From the NCBI GenBank assembly GCA_964012805.1, contig CAXGUD010000004.1, positions 1 to 64,000 of the forward strand: a DNA stretch of 64,000 bases. The letters are read 5' to 3'. The position numbers were made by a program, and so were the translations under genes. Positions 39,425 through 49,395 of the stretch are shown in pieces. The notes beneath the pieces were generated by a model. It ran no database searches. It had not been told where the DNA came from and saw only the letters and a list, made by a program, of their open reading frames with translations. Numbering within the stretch: the stretch's first letter is position 1; each line of letters opens with the position of its first letter. The stretch comes from an uncultured Bacteriovoracaceae bacterium (GTDB lineage: Bacteria; Bdellovibrionota; Bacteriovoracia; Bacteriovoracales; Bacteriovoracaceae).

Positions 39425-42400
39425 GGGTAAGCTTCCTCTTTTTGAATAACTGATAATTTAAAGCTCTGACTCTTTTTTAGAGGAAAGTCAATATAAAGAG
39501 AAAAAAGGCAAGGGACCATATAAAGGGTAATAAGTGTAGCAAAGATAATTCCGCCGGCCACTGACAGGACAATAGGAACAATAAAAGTTTCAGTTCCTCC
39601 AAATCCATAGATTGTAGGTATCATCCCTAAAACAGTCGTGAGTGTTGTTAAAATTATGGGGCGGAAACGGCTTATAGAAGCTTTCACGAGATGGGGCAAC
39701 CTTTTGTCCGGCAGGTCATTAAGGAGGGATAAAAGAATAAGACCGTCGTTGACCATGATGCCAAGAAGGCCAATGCCACCAATGAGACCTAAAAAACTTA
39801 CGGGAAGGTTGTGGAAATAAAAGGCCCAAAGAATTCCAATGGCACCAAAAGGGAGGATCCCTAAAATAATAAGGGGAAGAACCATCGATTTAAGGCTCCA
39901 GATGAGAGAAAAGAAAATAAGAAGTAAAACAATACCAAAAATTGAGCCCAAGTTTTCCAGGGTCTCTTTGGTGGATTTATTTTCACCTTCAAAACTCATT
40001 TCAATGTCCGGGTATTTTTTAAGAAAACCTGGTATTAATTCTTGAAAAGATTCATTTAATTCCAGTGAAGTCATAACTGCTTGGTTGATATCAGCTTCAA
40101 TACTTGTTGAGCGTATGCCTCTGGTGTGCTGAATGGTTTCAGATGAAGAGCTTTCCTTCATAACGGCCAGCTTTTTAAGGGGGATGAGGACTCCTCTTTT
40201 ATTGGGAATAGGGATTTCTCTGATAAGTTTCTTTTCCTCTTTCGTATTTATGCCGAGCTTTAACTTTATAAACCTTTCTTCACCATCTTTTATGAAATAT
40301 CCAATTTCTTTTTCCTTGAAAGCAAGAGCAATCGTTTCTTCTAATGTTTTGGCCTCTACTTGCATGGAGGCAAGTCGGCTTGCTCCAGGAGAGAGGGAAA
40401 GTTGCTTTTTCCCAGCGCTTTCCGTTGTTGAGATATTAAAAACACCCTCCTTGGCTTTTAAAAAATGAACAATTTCCTGAGTCATTGCCATCCGAGATGC
40501 TTCATTACGCCCAATGAGTGAAATTTCAAAGGCCTTTCCAACTGGAGGGCCATCATTGTGAAATTCAATATCAAGTTTATCAAAACCTCTAATTTTCTTA
40601 AGCCTCTTATGAAGTTTTTCAACAATCTCTTCACTCGTTATATTCCTTTTTTCGGAAGGTTTTAAGATAACGCTTATCATTCCCCAATTTTCTTTTGTGG
40701 CAAAAAGAGGGCGGAAGACATTGGTTTGGTGGTGGCCTGCCTGAGTTGTGAAGTGGAGCATTTCACTTTTTGGTATTTTTTGTACTTCTTTTTCAACTTC
40801 CTTCATCTTTTCTATCGTCGATTCAAGAGTTGTTCCCGGCGGAAGTTCCGCTACGACGTGAAAGAAGTCCACATCATCTCTCGGGAAAAGAACAAACGAC
40901 CCATTTTTCTTAAAAAAAGATCCCGTTCCTACAAGACAGACAACAAAAAACAAAAGAGTAAGGACCCTGTTTTTTAATGAGTTCTCAATTGTCCATTTGT
41001 AGAGGGCCAAGGCCTTATCATAGATGATATTTTTTGGGGTTTTTCCTTTTCCATGAACTAGATGGAAAGGCAAAAGGACTGTTGCCTCAAAAAGAGAAAT
41101 GATAAGGGCAATACTCACGACTACAGGAATATGCCTTATAAACTGTCCATTGAGACCTTCCAAGAAATAAAGGGGAAGGAAAGCGAGTATTGTCGTAATA
41201 ATAGTGACGGTGACAGGCCAAAAAATTTCTTTGACACCTTCTGAGGCGGCCTCAATACCTTTTAGCCCAGCTTCCTTTTTTGCAGCGATATTTTCTGCGA
41301 TGACAATGGCATCATCAACTAAAAGTCCTAGAACCAAGACAAGGGATACCAGAGTTACGGTATTTATAGGAATTGAAAAAAATTTAAAGAGTATAAAGGA
41401 CCCCAGAAAGGAGAGAGGGATCCCCATACCCGTCCAAAAAGCAACGTAGGGGGGTAAGAAAAAAAGAAGCACAAGAAAGACAAAAAGGAAGCCTAATATG
41501 GTGTTTGTTGTTAAAATAGAGAGAAGGTCACTGGTGTAGAGGGAAAGGTCTTTGATGACCTCAATTTTAATATCTTTAGAAAGGTTTCTTTTAAACTGAT
41601 CAATTTCGGCCCTGATTTTTTTAGACAGTCTAATATTATCACTTGTCGCAGAGACGCTAATACTCAAATTATGGGAGTCAACACCATCAGTTCTTGTAAG
41701 AAACTTTGGGCGCTTGAACTTTTCTGAGATCGAAGCGACCTCTCTTAATCTGATCTTTTTTCCGCTGGCATTACTCCTTAAGATGAGCCTTTCTATATCC
41801 TTGATATCCTCAAACCTCGAATTTGTAATAATTTTTTTAATACCCGTATTTGTCTTAAGTTGAAAGCCGGAACTTGGAAGGTGGTGGGTTTTTAGTGCCC
41901 TCACGACTTCCTGAAGGGAAAGTTTTTTTTGATTTAACCTTCTTAAGTCTATTTCAATCATCACTTCTTTTTCTAAAATAGAAGACGACTTGACTCCGAG
42001 AATGCCTTCAAGGTTAAGAAGTTTATCTTTAAGCTTTTTTGCCATTTCATTTCTTATTTGAATGTCAGGCCCGGTGAGCGCAACTTCTAAGATTGTAGCG
42101 TCTGATGTTTTAATTTCTTCCACAATGGGAGCTGAAGGTAATTCGGAGGGGAGGTCATAAATAGAATCCAGTTTACTTCTTATTTCCCTTTTCACGGCTT
42201 CCTGATCAGGATTTTTTGTGTCCAGGTGAAGCATAACAAGGGAAAGGTTATCCATTGAGTGAGAGACAATTTTCTCGATGCCCGAAATTTCTAGCAGCCT
42301 CTTTTCAATTTTATTGGTGACTTTTATTTCGACATTTTTTGCGCTTGTGTTGGGGTAAGGTGTTTTGACTCGAAGAATGTCCCACTTGACGACGGGGTAG

Positions 42401-42504
42401 TTGGTTCGGCTCAGGTAATTGAGAGAAAAGAGACCGCCAAAAAGTAAAATGAGGGTCAATGCCCTGGAAAGGGCCTTATTGGATTCTAAATATTTTAAAA
42501 CCAT
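39421..42504 (-). CDS. AcrB/AcrD/AcrF-family RND permease
   Basis: GLLVDDAIVIAENI, GPPVG, RFRPIILTTLTT motifs; 1027 aa. Confidence 0.93.
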   Translation of the reverse strand: MVLKYLESNKALSRALTLILLFGGLFSLNYLSRTNYPVVKWDILRVKTPYPNTSAKNVEIKVTNKIEKRLLEISGIEKIVSHSMDNLSLVMLHLDTKNPDQEAVKREIRSKLDSIYDLPSELPSAPIVEEIKTSDATILEVALTGPDIQIRNEMAKKLKDKLLNLEGILGVKSSSILEKEVMIEIDLRRLNQKKLSLQEVVRALKTHHLPSSGFQLKTNTGIKKIITNSRFEDIKDIERLILRSNASGKKIRLREVASISEKFKRPKFLTRTDGVDSHNLSISVSATSDNIRLSKKIRAEIDQFKRNLSKDIKIEVIKDLSLYTSDLLSILTTNTILGFLFVFLVLLFFLPPYVAFWTGMGIPLSFLGSFILFKFFSIPINTVTLVSLVLVLGLLVDDAIVIAENIAAKKEAGLKGIEAASEGVKEIFWPVTVTIITTILAFLPLYFLEGLNGQFIRHIPVVVSIALIISLFEATVLLPFHLVHGKGKTPKNIIYDKALALYKWTIENSLKNRVLTLLFFVVCLVGTGSFFKKNGSFVLFPRDDVDFFHVVAELPPGTTLESTIEKMKEVEKEVQKIPKSEMLHFTTQAGHHQTNVFRPLFATKENWGMISVILKPSEKRNITSEEIVEKLHKRLKKIRGFDKLDIEFHNDGPPVGKAFEISLIGRNEASRMAMTQEIVHFLKAKEGVFNISTTESAGKKQLSLSPGASRLASMQVEAKTLEETIALAFKEKEIGYFIKDGEERFIKLKLGINTKEEKKLIREIPIPNKRGVLIPLKKLAVMKESSSSETIQHTRGIRSTSIEADINQAVMTSLELNESFQELIPGFLKKYPDIEMSFEGENKSTKETLENLGSIFGIVLLLIFFSLIWSLKSMVLPLIILGILPFGAIGILWAFYFHNLPVSFLGLIGGIGLLGIMVNDGLILLSLLNDLPDKRLPHLVKASISRFRPIILTTLTTVLGMIPTIYGFGGTETFIVPIVLSVAGGIIFATLITLYMVPCLFSLYIDFPLKKSQSFKLSVIQKEEAYP

Positions 42505-42515
42505 GGAGGAGACTC

Positions 42516-43748
42516 CTAAATCAATGCTAATTCCAGACCTAGGTGATGGTCAGTTAAAGGAATTTTGTGTTCTTTATCATGTTCGTGGATTTCGTGGATA
42601 ATTTGAAAAACCTTGCCATCTGAAACTTCCATGAGGTAGCCCATATCTTTTAAAATATCCAAGGTTTCGTAATGGGGAAGAGATGGAAGTGTGAGTATGT
42701 GGTAAGAATTCCTCAGTTTTAACTTTTCTATTTCATGAAAGAGGATGCGCGTAATTTGACTTTTTTCATTTTCCAAAAGATCAAAATCAATTTCAAGGTG
42801 AGTTAAGTAGAGTGTTTCTAGACTGGAATGGTCCTTGATGGGCAACTTACCAAAAAGTGGCATTAATGAGACCACCATTTTTAATTTTAATGATAAATTA
42901 GATAAAATAAACTTTTTGCATGTCTTAGGTGTCCATGGACAAACACAGCCTTTGATTTCTCCTTTTCTATTTTTAATGATTAGAAAATTAGAAAGGCTTA
43001 GACCAGGCCAATTTTTTAACCTAAAGCTGAAATCATCATCACCAACAGACTCTTCTTTTGAAATAAAGTCTCCGAAAAGTTTTTTTCTATTTTGCTTTTC
43101 CAAAAAAGACCACAAGCTATCTAAATCAGAAGGCAGTGCTTTTTGTATTGTAAAGTGGCCCTCATCTATTGAGTCTGTTTGAAAAAGTTTAGGCTTTTTA
43201 CCAAAAATATTGAGGGCCTGATAAGCCGCCAGTTCTTTAAAAATAAATTGGTTATTTTTTTCAGTGAAGGCCTTAAGGGCCCTTTTGTTATTGAGGATGA
43301 TAGCTCCATAACAGTAGCGTATCCCTTCGAACTCCTTAATAAACTCCATCTTACTCATGAATTCTGTATAGCTTGCTTTCCACTGTCTTTTCGTTTCTTT
43401 TTCAATATCAGGTGTTGTCCTCATGTCACAAACATAGAGGACTTTTTGCAATTGAGATTCAATGAAATGTTCTTTTATGATAAAGGTTGCAACTCCCTGA
43501 GTTTTTCCACTTTTTGATTTTAAAATAAAAACAAAGGGTTTCCCTCTTTGAAGTTTCAAAAGGTCAAAGTAGTTTGGGGACCGGTCGTAGAAAATATCAA
43601 AAAATGGCGTTTTCATAGGAACATTTTTAAAAACTTCCACAAGTTCAACACCATCTTCGTAGGTGGCTATTTTAATTCTGTCATATTTTTTTTTGATCTC
43701 CATAATAGAGATAAGCTTTTTAGAGTGACTGATTTCAGAAAGTTCCAT
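42516..43748 (-). CDS. GNAT-like acyltransferase (probably tandem GNAT)
   Basis: YDRSPNYF, YVCDMR and N.RA motifs resemble long GNAT proteins; fold inferred. Confidence 0.5.
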   Translation of the reverse strand: MELSEISHSKKLISIMEIKKKYDRIKIATYEDGVELVEVFKNVPMKTPFFDIFYDRSPNYFDLLKLQRGKPFVFILKSKSGKTQGVATFIIKEHFIESQLQKVLYVCDMRTTPDIEKETKRQWKASYTEFMSKMEFIKEFEGIRYCYGAIILNNKRALKAFTEKNNQFIFKELAAYQALNIFGKKPKLFQTDSIDEGHFTIQKALPSDLDSLWSFLEKQNRKKLFGDFISKEESVGDDDFSFRLKNWPGLSLSNFLIIKNRKGEIKGCVCPWTPKTCKKFILSNLSLKLKMVVSLMPLFGKLPIKDHSSLETLYLTHLEIDFDLLENEKSQITRILFHEIEKLKLRNSYHILTLPSLPHYETLDILKDMGYLMEVSDGKVFQIIHEIHEHDKEHKIPLTDHHLGLELALI

Positions 43749-43755
43749 TTTTTGA

Positions 43756-43805
43756 CCTTATTTTACTTAACCAGGCCTTACTTGGCCTGGCTTGACCTTG
43801 CTTAA
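43756..43805. repeat. Degenerate pentamer array containing a GC hairpin
   Basis: CCTTA TTTTA CTTAA CCAGG CCTTA CTTGG CCTGG CTTGA CCTTG CTTAA; stem CCAGGCC/GGCCTGG. Confidence 0.55.
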
Positions 43806-43829
43806 TCTTTTAGTACTAAAAGCTTTTTT

Positions 43830-44477
43830 TTAACTTTTTAAGAGGTTTAGGGATGTTCTGTTTATTTTTCTGATCCATTTACTAAGAAGCAATCTTTTAA
43901 GAAGAAAGCTGGGGCTTCTTATTGGGGCAAGATAAATATTGTTCATTGTCGCCATTTCTATCACATTCCAATCTTCATTAGTGTTTCCAGAAAGCTTTGG
44001 TGTTTTACCTTTGTAAATGACTTTAGGCTTTGCTACTGAGTATATACGCCCTAAGTGAGGACGATTGAGTTCGTAAGTGTAAATAAAGGCCTTCTTTCTT
44101 AAACTAATCATATCTCTATAGAGTCTTAGCCAGAATTGAAAAGAGTTTCCCTGACCAGACATTCTTGGGTCCAGCCATAAACAATTAATTTCAAAAATAT
44201 CGTTGAGGTCAAATTTTTTAAAATAGGACTCAGCATTGATAATTTGAGGGGCAAGGTATTCCATTGACCTAAAGGGTGCTTTATGAGCAAGAGCATAGCC
44301 TCCTCTAAATTTTCGATTCTCATCAACATACACGATAACTTTTGAGCGCTTTAAATAGTCTATTGGAAATTCTGTTTTATGAATTTTTCTTGCAACTGAT
44401 TGAAACTTTTTTAAATCTTGTAGACTTCTTAATTGTAGGAATTCCATGGAACCTCTCCTAGAAATTTTTATGTTCAT
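43830..44477 (-). CDS. Hypothetical protein, possibly GNAT-fold (LuxI/FeeM-like)
   Basis: RGGY, PFRS, FEINCLWLDP and RIY patterns; fold is inference only. Confidence 0.45.
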   Translation of the reverse strand: MNIKISRRGSMEFLQLRSLQDLKKFQSVARKIHKTEFPIDYLKRSKVIVYVDENRKFRGGYALAHKAPFRSMEYLAPQIINAESYFKKFDLNDIFEINCLWLDPRMSGQGNSFQFWLRLYRDMISLRKKAFIYTYELNRPHLGRIYSVAKPKVIYKGKTPKLSGNTNEDWNVIEMATMNNIYLAPIRSPSFLLKRLLLSKWIRKINRTSLNLLKS

Positions 44478-44606
44478 AGGATTGGAGAAAGCTTGAATAA
44501 CGTCAAGGAGGATGAGAAGAGTTTACAAAAACCTAACAGACCAGAGAGTTTTTAACACTCTCTTAAAAAAAAATAAAAAAAAGAAAAATAGTTAAGTTTG
44601 TTATTC

Positions 44607-44636
44607 ACTTAACTTAACTTAACTTAACTTAACTTA
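44607..44636. repeat. Simple sequence repeat (ACTTA)x6
   Basis: Six perfect pentamers overlapping the stop codon of 44629..44997. Confidence 0.9.
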
Positions 44637-44997
44637 GAATTGAAAAGGTAAAGTAGATAAAAATTCCAACGAGAATAAAGGAAAAATCTCTTCCATTTTG
44701 AATCAATTGCGTTCTTTGAAAAATTTCTTTATGCGAGGGAGTTCTTTTGAGTTCCTTTTGAAGTTGTTTGGGAACTTTGATTTTAAGTGATCTTTTAACA
44801 TCTTTTTCTCTAAAGAAAACGAGCTTTAAAAGGACTAGGAAGCCAAAGAGAAGAAGATGCAGGTCTGGGAATGATTTGGGAAAAAAGTTTAAAACAAGGC
44901 CAAGTGGAAGAACTGTCAGCGCTGATAAAAGAATAAGAACAAGGCCGTTAAATTTAAAGTATTCTGTTAATGTTTTCATAAGTATGAAACTAGTCAT
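44629..44997 (-). CDS. Hypothetical membrane protein (3 TM)
   Basis: Hydrophobic segments; 122 aa. Confidence 0.7.
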   Translation of the reverse strand: MTSFILMKTLTEYFKFNGLVLILLSALTVLPLGLVLNFFPKSFPDLHLLLFGFLVLLKLVFFREKDVKRSLKIKVPKQLQKELKRTPSHKEIFQRTQLIQNGRDFSFILVGIFIYFTFSILS

Positions 44998-45262
44998 TTT
45001 TCTTGGATAAGGGAAGCTTTTTTGCGAACCATAAATAATCTATAGGTTGACGAGGGGTCGTTTCTTTTAGGAGGCTTCTTTAACTCTTTATAAGAATTGA
45101 CAAAAAAGTGATGATATGCTTTTTGCGGTGCGTTTTTTGGAATTGATTATAGGCATTTATTTTTCAAGTCGACCATGAAATAAGGGCAATCATGCCTGCT
45201 TGTTCCTAGTAGAACACCTTTTATATAATTGAGGAAAAATTTATATTCAAGGAGTACTCGTT

Positions 45263-46966
45263 TTGGCCCTTTTTTACAGGTTAATGCTTTTGAGCTTTCT
45301 TCTTTTAGTAAGTACGTGCGCTCAAAAACAAAACCAAATGAACTCGAAAAATTCTTCCAAAGTTGTTTCTGCCTCAAGTTCAAACCTTAAGTCAGATGAT
45401 TTTAAAGGAAGAATCGTGGCCTCTGCCTGGGACCGCAAAAATATTCCTGAGAATATTTTAGTGACAGAGACGGCCAGAGACAGCAATTTAGAGAGGAACT
45501 TTAATTTACTTCCCTTAAAAGGCAAGCTAAAAACTCTTCCCTGGACCGGTGATTACTGGGCAAGTTATAGGGGGGGGATTAGTTATAGATGGAATAATAG
45601 AGAGCTTGATCCCGATGACTCAAGAAGATTTGAGTACGAAATAGGGGAGGTGCCTGGAGGAGATATAAACCGCTTATCTCCCGCAGAGAAATGGGACCTC
45701 TATACTGGAAGCACAAACTTTAGGTTGACAAGAAGTGAGAGGAGGCGTGTTGGATTAGGGGCCAGAAAGATTCCGAAATGGGAAGGTCTCTGCCATTCTT
45801 GGGCTCCTGCGACTGTTAATTATAAAAACCCAACGACCCCTGTTACAGTGAAATCACCTCAAGGTCAGTCCATTACCTTTTATTCTTCAGACATTAAAGC
45901 GCTTTTAACCTACTTTCTTCATTGGGATAATCCACGAAATGGTGGAAGCGGTCGCTCTTTTTCTTCCTTTTTGGGGTCACGCTGTGAGGCCACACTAAAG
46001 GAGTTGAGGGAAGCTTATAATAATCTTATGGGCTGGAGCCCAATGACTGCCTTAAGACCTTACACAAAATACCTTAAAGGTGCTTGTGGTGATTCCAATG
46101 CCGGCTCTTTCCATCTTGTCTTAACAAACCTTCTTGGAAAGAGGAAAAAAAGTTTTATGATGGATGTGACTCGAACGCAGGAGGTTTGGAACCAGGCCGT
46201 TTATAAATACGAGTCGGAAGTTCTTGAAACGAGAGATGGCGCCAGTTCCGGTGCCGCCGATGGTACTGTCAGAGAAAAGGATATCCTTTCAAAAGTATGG
46301 TATGTAGCGGAGCCTAGTTTTCCTTTTTCTAAAGATGGCATAAGGTCCATTGATGGAAAACGCATCTATACTGAAAATACGGCCACACAGGAAAAATGGT
46401 TTTTCTATAGAGTTGAACTCGACAAATCCAATAAAGTAATTGGTGGTGAGTGGCTTAAACCTAAAAATTACAAGCGCTACTTTAGTGGAGGCCTTTCGCC
46501 GAGTGATGAGAGGTTTTTTGAGGACCGACCTGATTTTTTATGGGATGAGACTTCTCCAGATTTTTACGGACGCTTTACCAAGCTCAAAGGCCTTTACGAA
46601 GCTTCTATTAAAAAGAAAACACGACCTAAATTTAATGAACCAAAAGGGGACTATCTCTATGGTTTAAATACCGGCATTTTAAATGTGACAAATTATTATA
46701 CGAAAGGAAATACAATTCACCTTGTGGGAACAAGCCGCTATGAACAAGGTGGAAAGCTCATTGTTTGGAGAAGAACAAACGTGATAAGAACACCGCGAGT
46801 TGTTCACCGAAAAAAACTCGAAGGAAAAAACTTTCACGTTAGCTTTTCTTTGGGCAGGTTCGGTCGCTTTAATACATCTATTATTGCTTTAGGACTCAAA
46901 GTTAATGGAAAAATTGTTGATTCTATTAGCTATAAGGGCCCTGATTTGGCAAGACTTTTTAGGTAG
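45263..46966 (+). CDS. Transglutaminase elicitor (GP42-like) family lipoprotein
   Basis: PWTGDYW...GISYRW, LSPAEKWD, IPKWEGLCHSWAPA, SDIKALL, NAGSFHL, EVWNQAV, IGGEW, RPDFLW. Confidence 0.85.
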   Translation: MALFYRLMLLSFLLLVSTCAQKQNQMNSKNSSKVVSASSSNLKSDDFKGRIVASAWDRKNIPENILVTETARDSNLERNFNLLPLKGKLKTLPWTGDYWASYRGGISYRWNNRELDPDDSRRFEYEIGEVPGGDINRLSPAEKWDLYTGSTNFRLTRSERRRVGLGARKIPKWEGLCHSWAPATVNYKNPTTPVTVKSPQGQSITFYSSDIKALLTYFLHWDNPRNGGSGRSFSSFLGSRCEATLKELREAYNNLMGWSPMTALRPYTKYLKGACGDSNAGSFHLVLTNLLGKRKKSFMMDVTRTQEVWNQAVYKYESEVLETRDGASSGAADGTVREKDILSKVWYVAEPSFPFSKDGIRSIDGKRIYTENTATQEKWFFYRVELDKSNKVIGGEWLKPKNYKRYFSGGLSPSDERFFEDRPDFLWDETSPDFYGRFTKLKGLYEASIKKKTRPKFNEPKGDYLYGLNTGILNVTNYYTKGNTIHLVGTSRYEQGGKLIVWRRTNVIRTPRVVHRKKLEGKNFHVSFSLGRFGRFNTSIIALGLKVNGKIVDSISYKGPDLARLFR

Positions 46967-46977
46967 GGTCAAAGAGT

Positions 46978-47024
46978 AGTGTTCTATGAAGAGAGGGGTT
47001 GCCTAAAGCTCTTCATAGGACACT
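46978..47024. terminator. Hairpin between convergent genes
   Basis: AGTGTTCTATGAAGAG ... CTCTTCATAGGACACT 16-bp near-perfect stem. Confidence 0.65.
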
Positions 47025-47082
47025 CATATTTCTTAAAATAAAAGAGTTAGCATCCTGCTTTTTCTATGACTTGATCACTTAA

Positions 47083-48900
47083 TCACTGAATCAAAACACC
47101 TTCTTTAACAACCTGAGTCCCATCATAGAAGGTAATAGTGACTTGCCCTGTCCTCCAACCTTCAGCATAAGTTTTGAAAACAGGAGTGGCGAAAGACCTC
47201 CTTCGGCTTCTTGAACGGTAAGTTGAATAGCGGCCAAAGGATGGGTGAATGTCATAGTGAACAAATCTAACGTCTTTAAGGTCTCCAGTAAGTTTTAGCT
47301 TAAAGGAAATTTCTTCATCTGTTTCAGAAACAATGACCTTTTCAACATTAATTGAAGGCCTTTTCTTTTCACCAATAGTTTCTTTACTTTTAAGGACAAT
47401 GTTTTTTTCTGCGATTTTCCGATCTTTAAGGTAAAACTTAAGAACAAGTGGAAGGTCACTTTTTCTTGAGTAGGTTTTAAAAGAGAAACTGCCTTTATAA
47501 CCATTGATCTGGTGTTCTCTGAAGCTACCTTTTTGAAAAATAGTCATAGCGTAGAGGAGCTTCATATTCTCTTTTCCAGGGACCACAGTCACAAGGTAAT
47601 AGTTTTTCCCATTTTCTTTATAGTTCTTATATTCGACTTTAATCGTCTTAAGGTTAAAAGTGGGTACCAGGGTTATTTCTGGCTCTGGCTTAGGCTCTGG
47701 CTTAGGTTCTGGCTTAGGCTCTGGCTCAGGTTCTGGCTTAGGCTCTGGCTTAGGTTCTGGCTTAGGCTCTGGCTTAGGTTCTGGCTTAGGCTCCGGCTTA
47801 ACTTTTATATCTGTTTTAACGGAAAAGCTTTTTTCTATTGAAGTGTTGTTTTTAAAGAAGACTTTAATTTTGACTTTAAAATGAGAAGCATCCGTATAAA
47901 GGGAAAGGGTATAGGGATCTTCTTTAAGTGTATCTATAAAGTCTAGATCTGGTATTATGTAGACAACTTTTTCAATTATTTCATCACCATGACGGTCTAA
48001 GGTTTTTAGGCCCGGCTCAAAATGAAAGAGAAAAGGATACTCTCTGTCACCTTCGTCTACTTTGTATGTAAATTTAAAGTTTTTGTAGGGAGGTTTTGGT
48101 TTACTTATAACGTTTGTTCCATCCTTATCTTCATCTTCCTTTTCACCGTCTTTACCATCTTCTTTTGGTACTGGATAAAGGTGGTTAATTCCTTGGATAT
48201 CAAGTTTTGTAAGACCGAGGTTCATTCTTCTTATGGGCCTATTATTATCAAGCCTTGTAATCGTTGGTTTATTATTGATTCCAAAGTCTCTGCCTCCGTA
48301 GTGCATGATACTCCTATAATCGTACGGAGTGTTGTCCATGACTGCGTAATGGTTCATTTTCTTAAAATTCGTTTCAGCGCCTTTTTGAATATTTTCCCAG
48401 TGAATTTTGACATAGTCATCCCTATCAGGCCTTGATTGCTCGTGATAAACACCTGCAGCATGAAGGATTTCATGGGTAATCGTGAGGTAGTGTTCGCAGC
48501 CGTAGGATAAGTTTAAGTCCTGTCTTCCTCTCTGGCGGCCAACAAAACTCCAACACCCTTTGGGCTGAAGAGGAGATTTGGAAGTAAAAAATATGTAATC
48601 TTCATCTTGATCTGTTTTTTCTCTAAAGCGGAGGTTTGATTTTTTGGTGAGGTATTCAATGGCCTTTAAAATATGGGGGACGAGGTGGTGGCTTTTGGGG
48701 TCTATTTTGTAAATAATCTCCTGGTTTTCCCAGGTGATATTGTAAGCAGTTGGGGCCAGTTTCTCGTAGGTTTTATACCTTGCAATATCACCCTCAATAA
48801 TAACCTCTCTTTTTTCGCTGTTGGTAGAAGGGGTAAGAGTGGCGTAAGCCTGTGTGACCAAACTGAGGGCCATAAAAAAAGTAATCAAAAGCTTTTTCAC
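47083..48900 (-). CDS. Secreted astacin (M12A) metalloprotease with Pro-rich linker and pYEATS-like C-terminal domain(s)
   Basis: IEGDI prodomain motif, GCWSFVG, HEILHAAGVYHEQSRPDRD, YDYRSIMHY; C-terminal V.YDIHPSF motif. Confidence 0.92.
   Translation of the reverse strand: MKKLLITFFMALSLVTQAYATLTPSTNSEKREVIIEGDIARYKTYEKLAPTAYNITWENQEIIYKIDPKSHHLVPHILKAIEYLTKKSNLRFREKTDQDEDYIFFTSKSPLQPKGCWSFVGRQRGRQDLNLSYGCEHYLTITHEILHAAGVYHEQSRPDRDDYVKIHWENIQKGAETNFKKMNHYAVMDNTPYDYRSIMHYGGRDFGINNKPTITRLDNNRPIRRMNLGLTKLDIQGINHLYPVPKEDGKDGEKEDEDKDGTNVISKPKPPYKNFKFTYKVDEGDREYPFLFHFEPGLKTLDRHGDEIIEKVVYIIPDLDFIDTLKEDPYTLSLYTDASHFKVKIKVFFKNNTSIEKSFSVKTDIKVKPEPKPEPKPEPKPEPKPEPKPEPEPEPKPEPKPEPKPEPEITLVPTFNLKTIKVEYKNYKENGKNYYLVTVVPGKENMKLLYAMTIFQKGSFREHQINGYKGSFSFKTYSRKSDLPLVLKFYLKDRKIAEKNIVLKSKETIGEKKRPSINVEKVIVSETDEEISFKLKLTGDLKDVRFVHYDIHPSFGRYSTYRSRSRRRSFATPVFKTYAEGWRTGQVTITFYDGTQVVKEGVLIQ
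47678..47799 (-). repeat. 12-bp coding repeat, about 10 units of (K/E)PEP
   Basis: GGCTTAGG(C/T)TCT units on the plus strand. Confidence 0.92.
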
Positions 48901-49395
48901 GGTTTGTCCTTTCGTTAGATTATGAAAAAAAGTTGAAACTTTGAGGCGCTTAAAGAACGCAAAAAGACCCGAGACTCTAAAAGCGCAGGGAGTCTTTCTA
49001 GGAGAAGAATGTAAGAAACATTTTTGCCCGTAAATTCAGTTCAACAATTTTTTTTGCATTACATTTCTTATATCCTCAGATTTTAAAATCAAGAAACAAA
49101 GCAGTAAAAAGAACTTTATAAGACCAAAGTTTACAAAAATTTTACAAACATATGCGTTACTTGGAAGGTTCTTATAAATTTAAAGGAAGCTTTCAAAACT
49201 TTTGCTTCTTAATGTTAATTTCAATCGATTTAAAAATGCTTTATAGTCCCTTTTTATAAATAAAGAAGAGTAATTATAAAGTTACCTATTTTCCAAGTCG
49301 GAATATTTTTTCTATAATTTCTAAAGAGAAAAAAATTTAAAAGAATAAAAAGAAATATTTCAAACGCAAATAAATAAGCATGGAGGCTTTCGTTT

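Noticed and set aside
47512..47884. Plus-strand ORFs with WLRL and GSGL repeats, or a CRISPR-like array
   Set aside because: They are antisense shadows of the astacin PEPK linker; 12-bp tandem units with no spacers and no cas genes.
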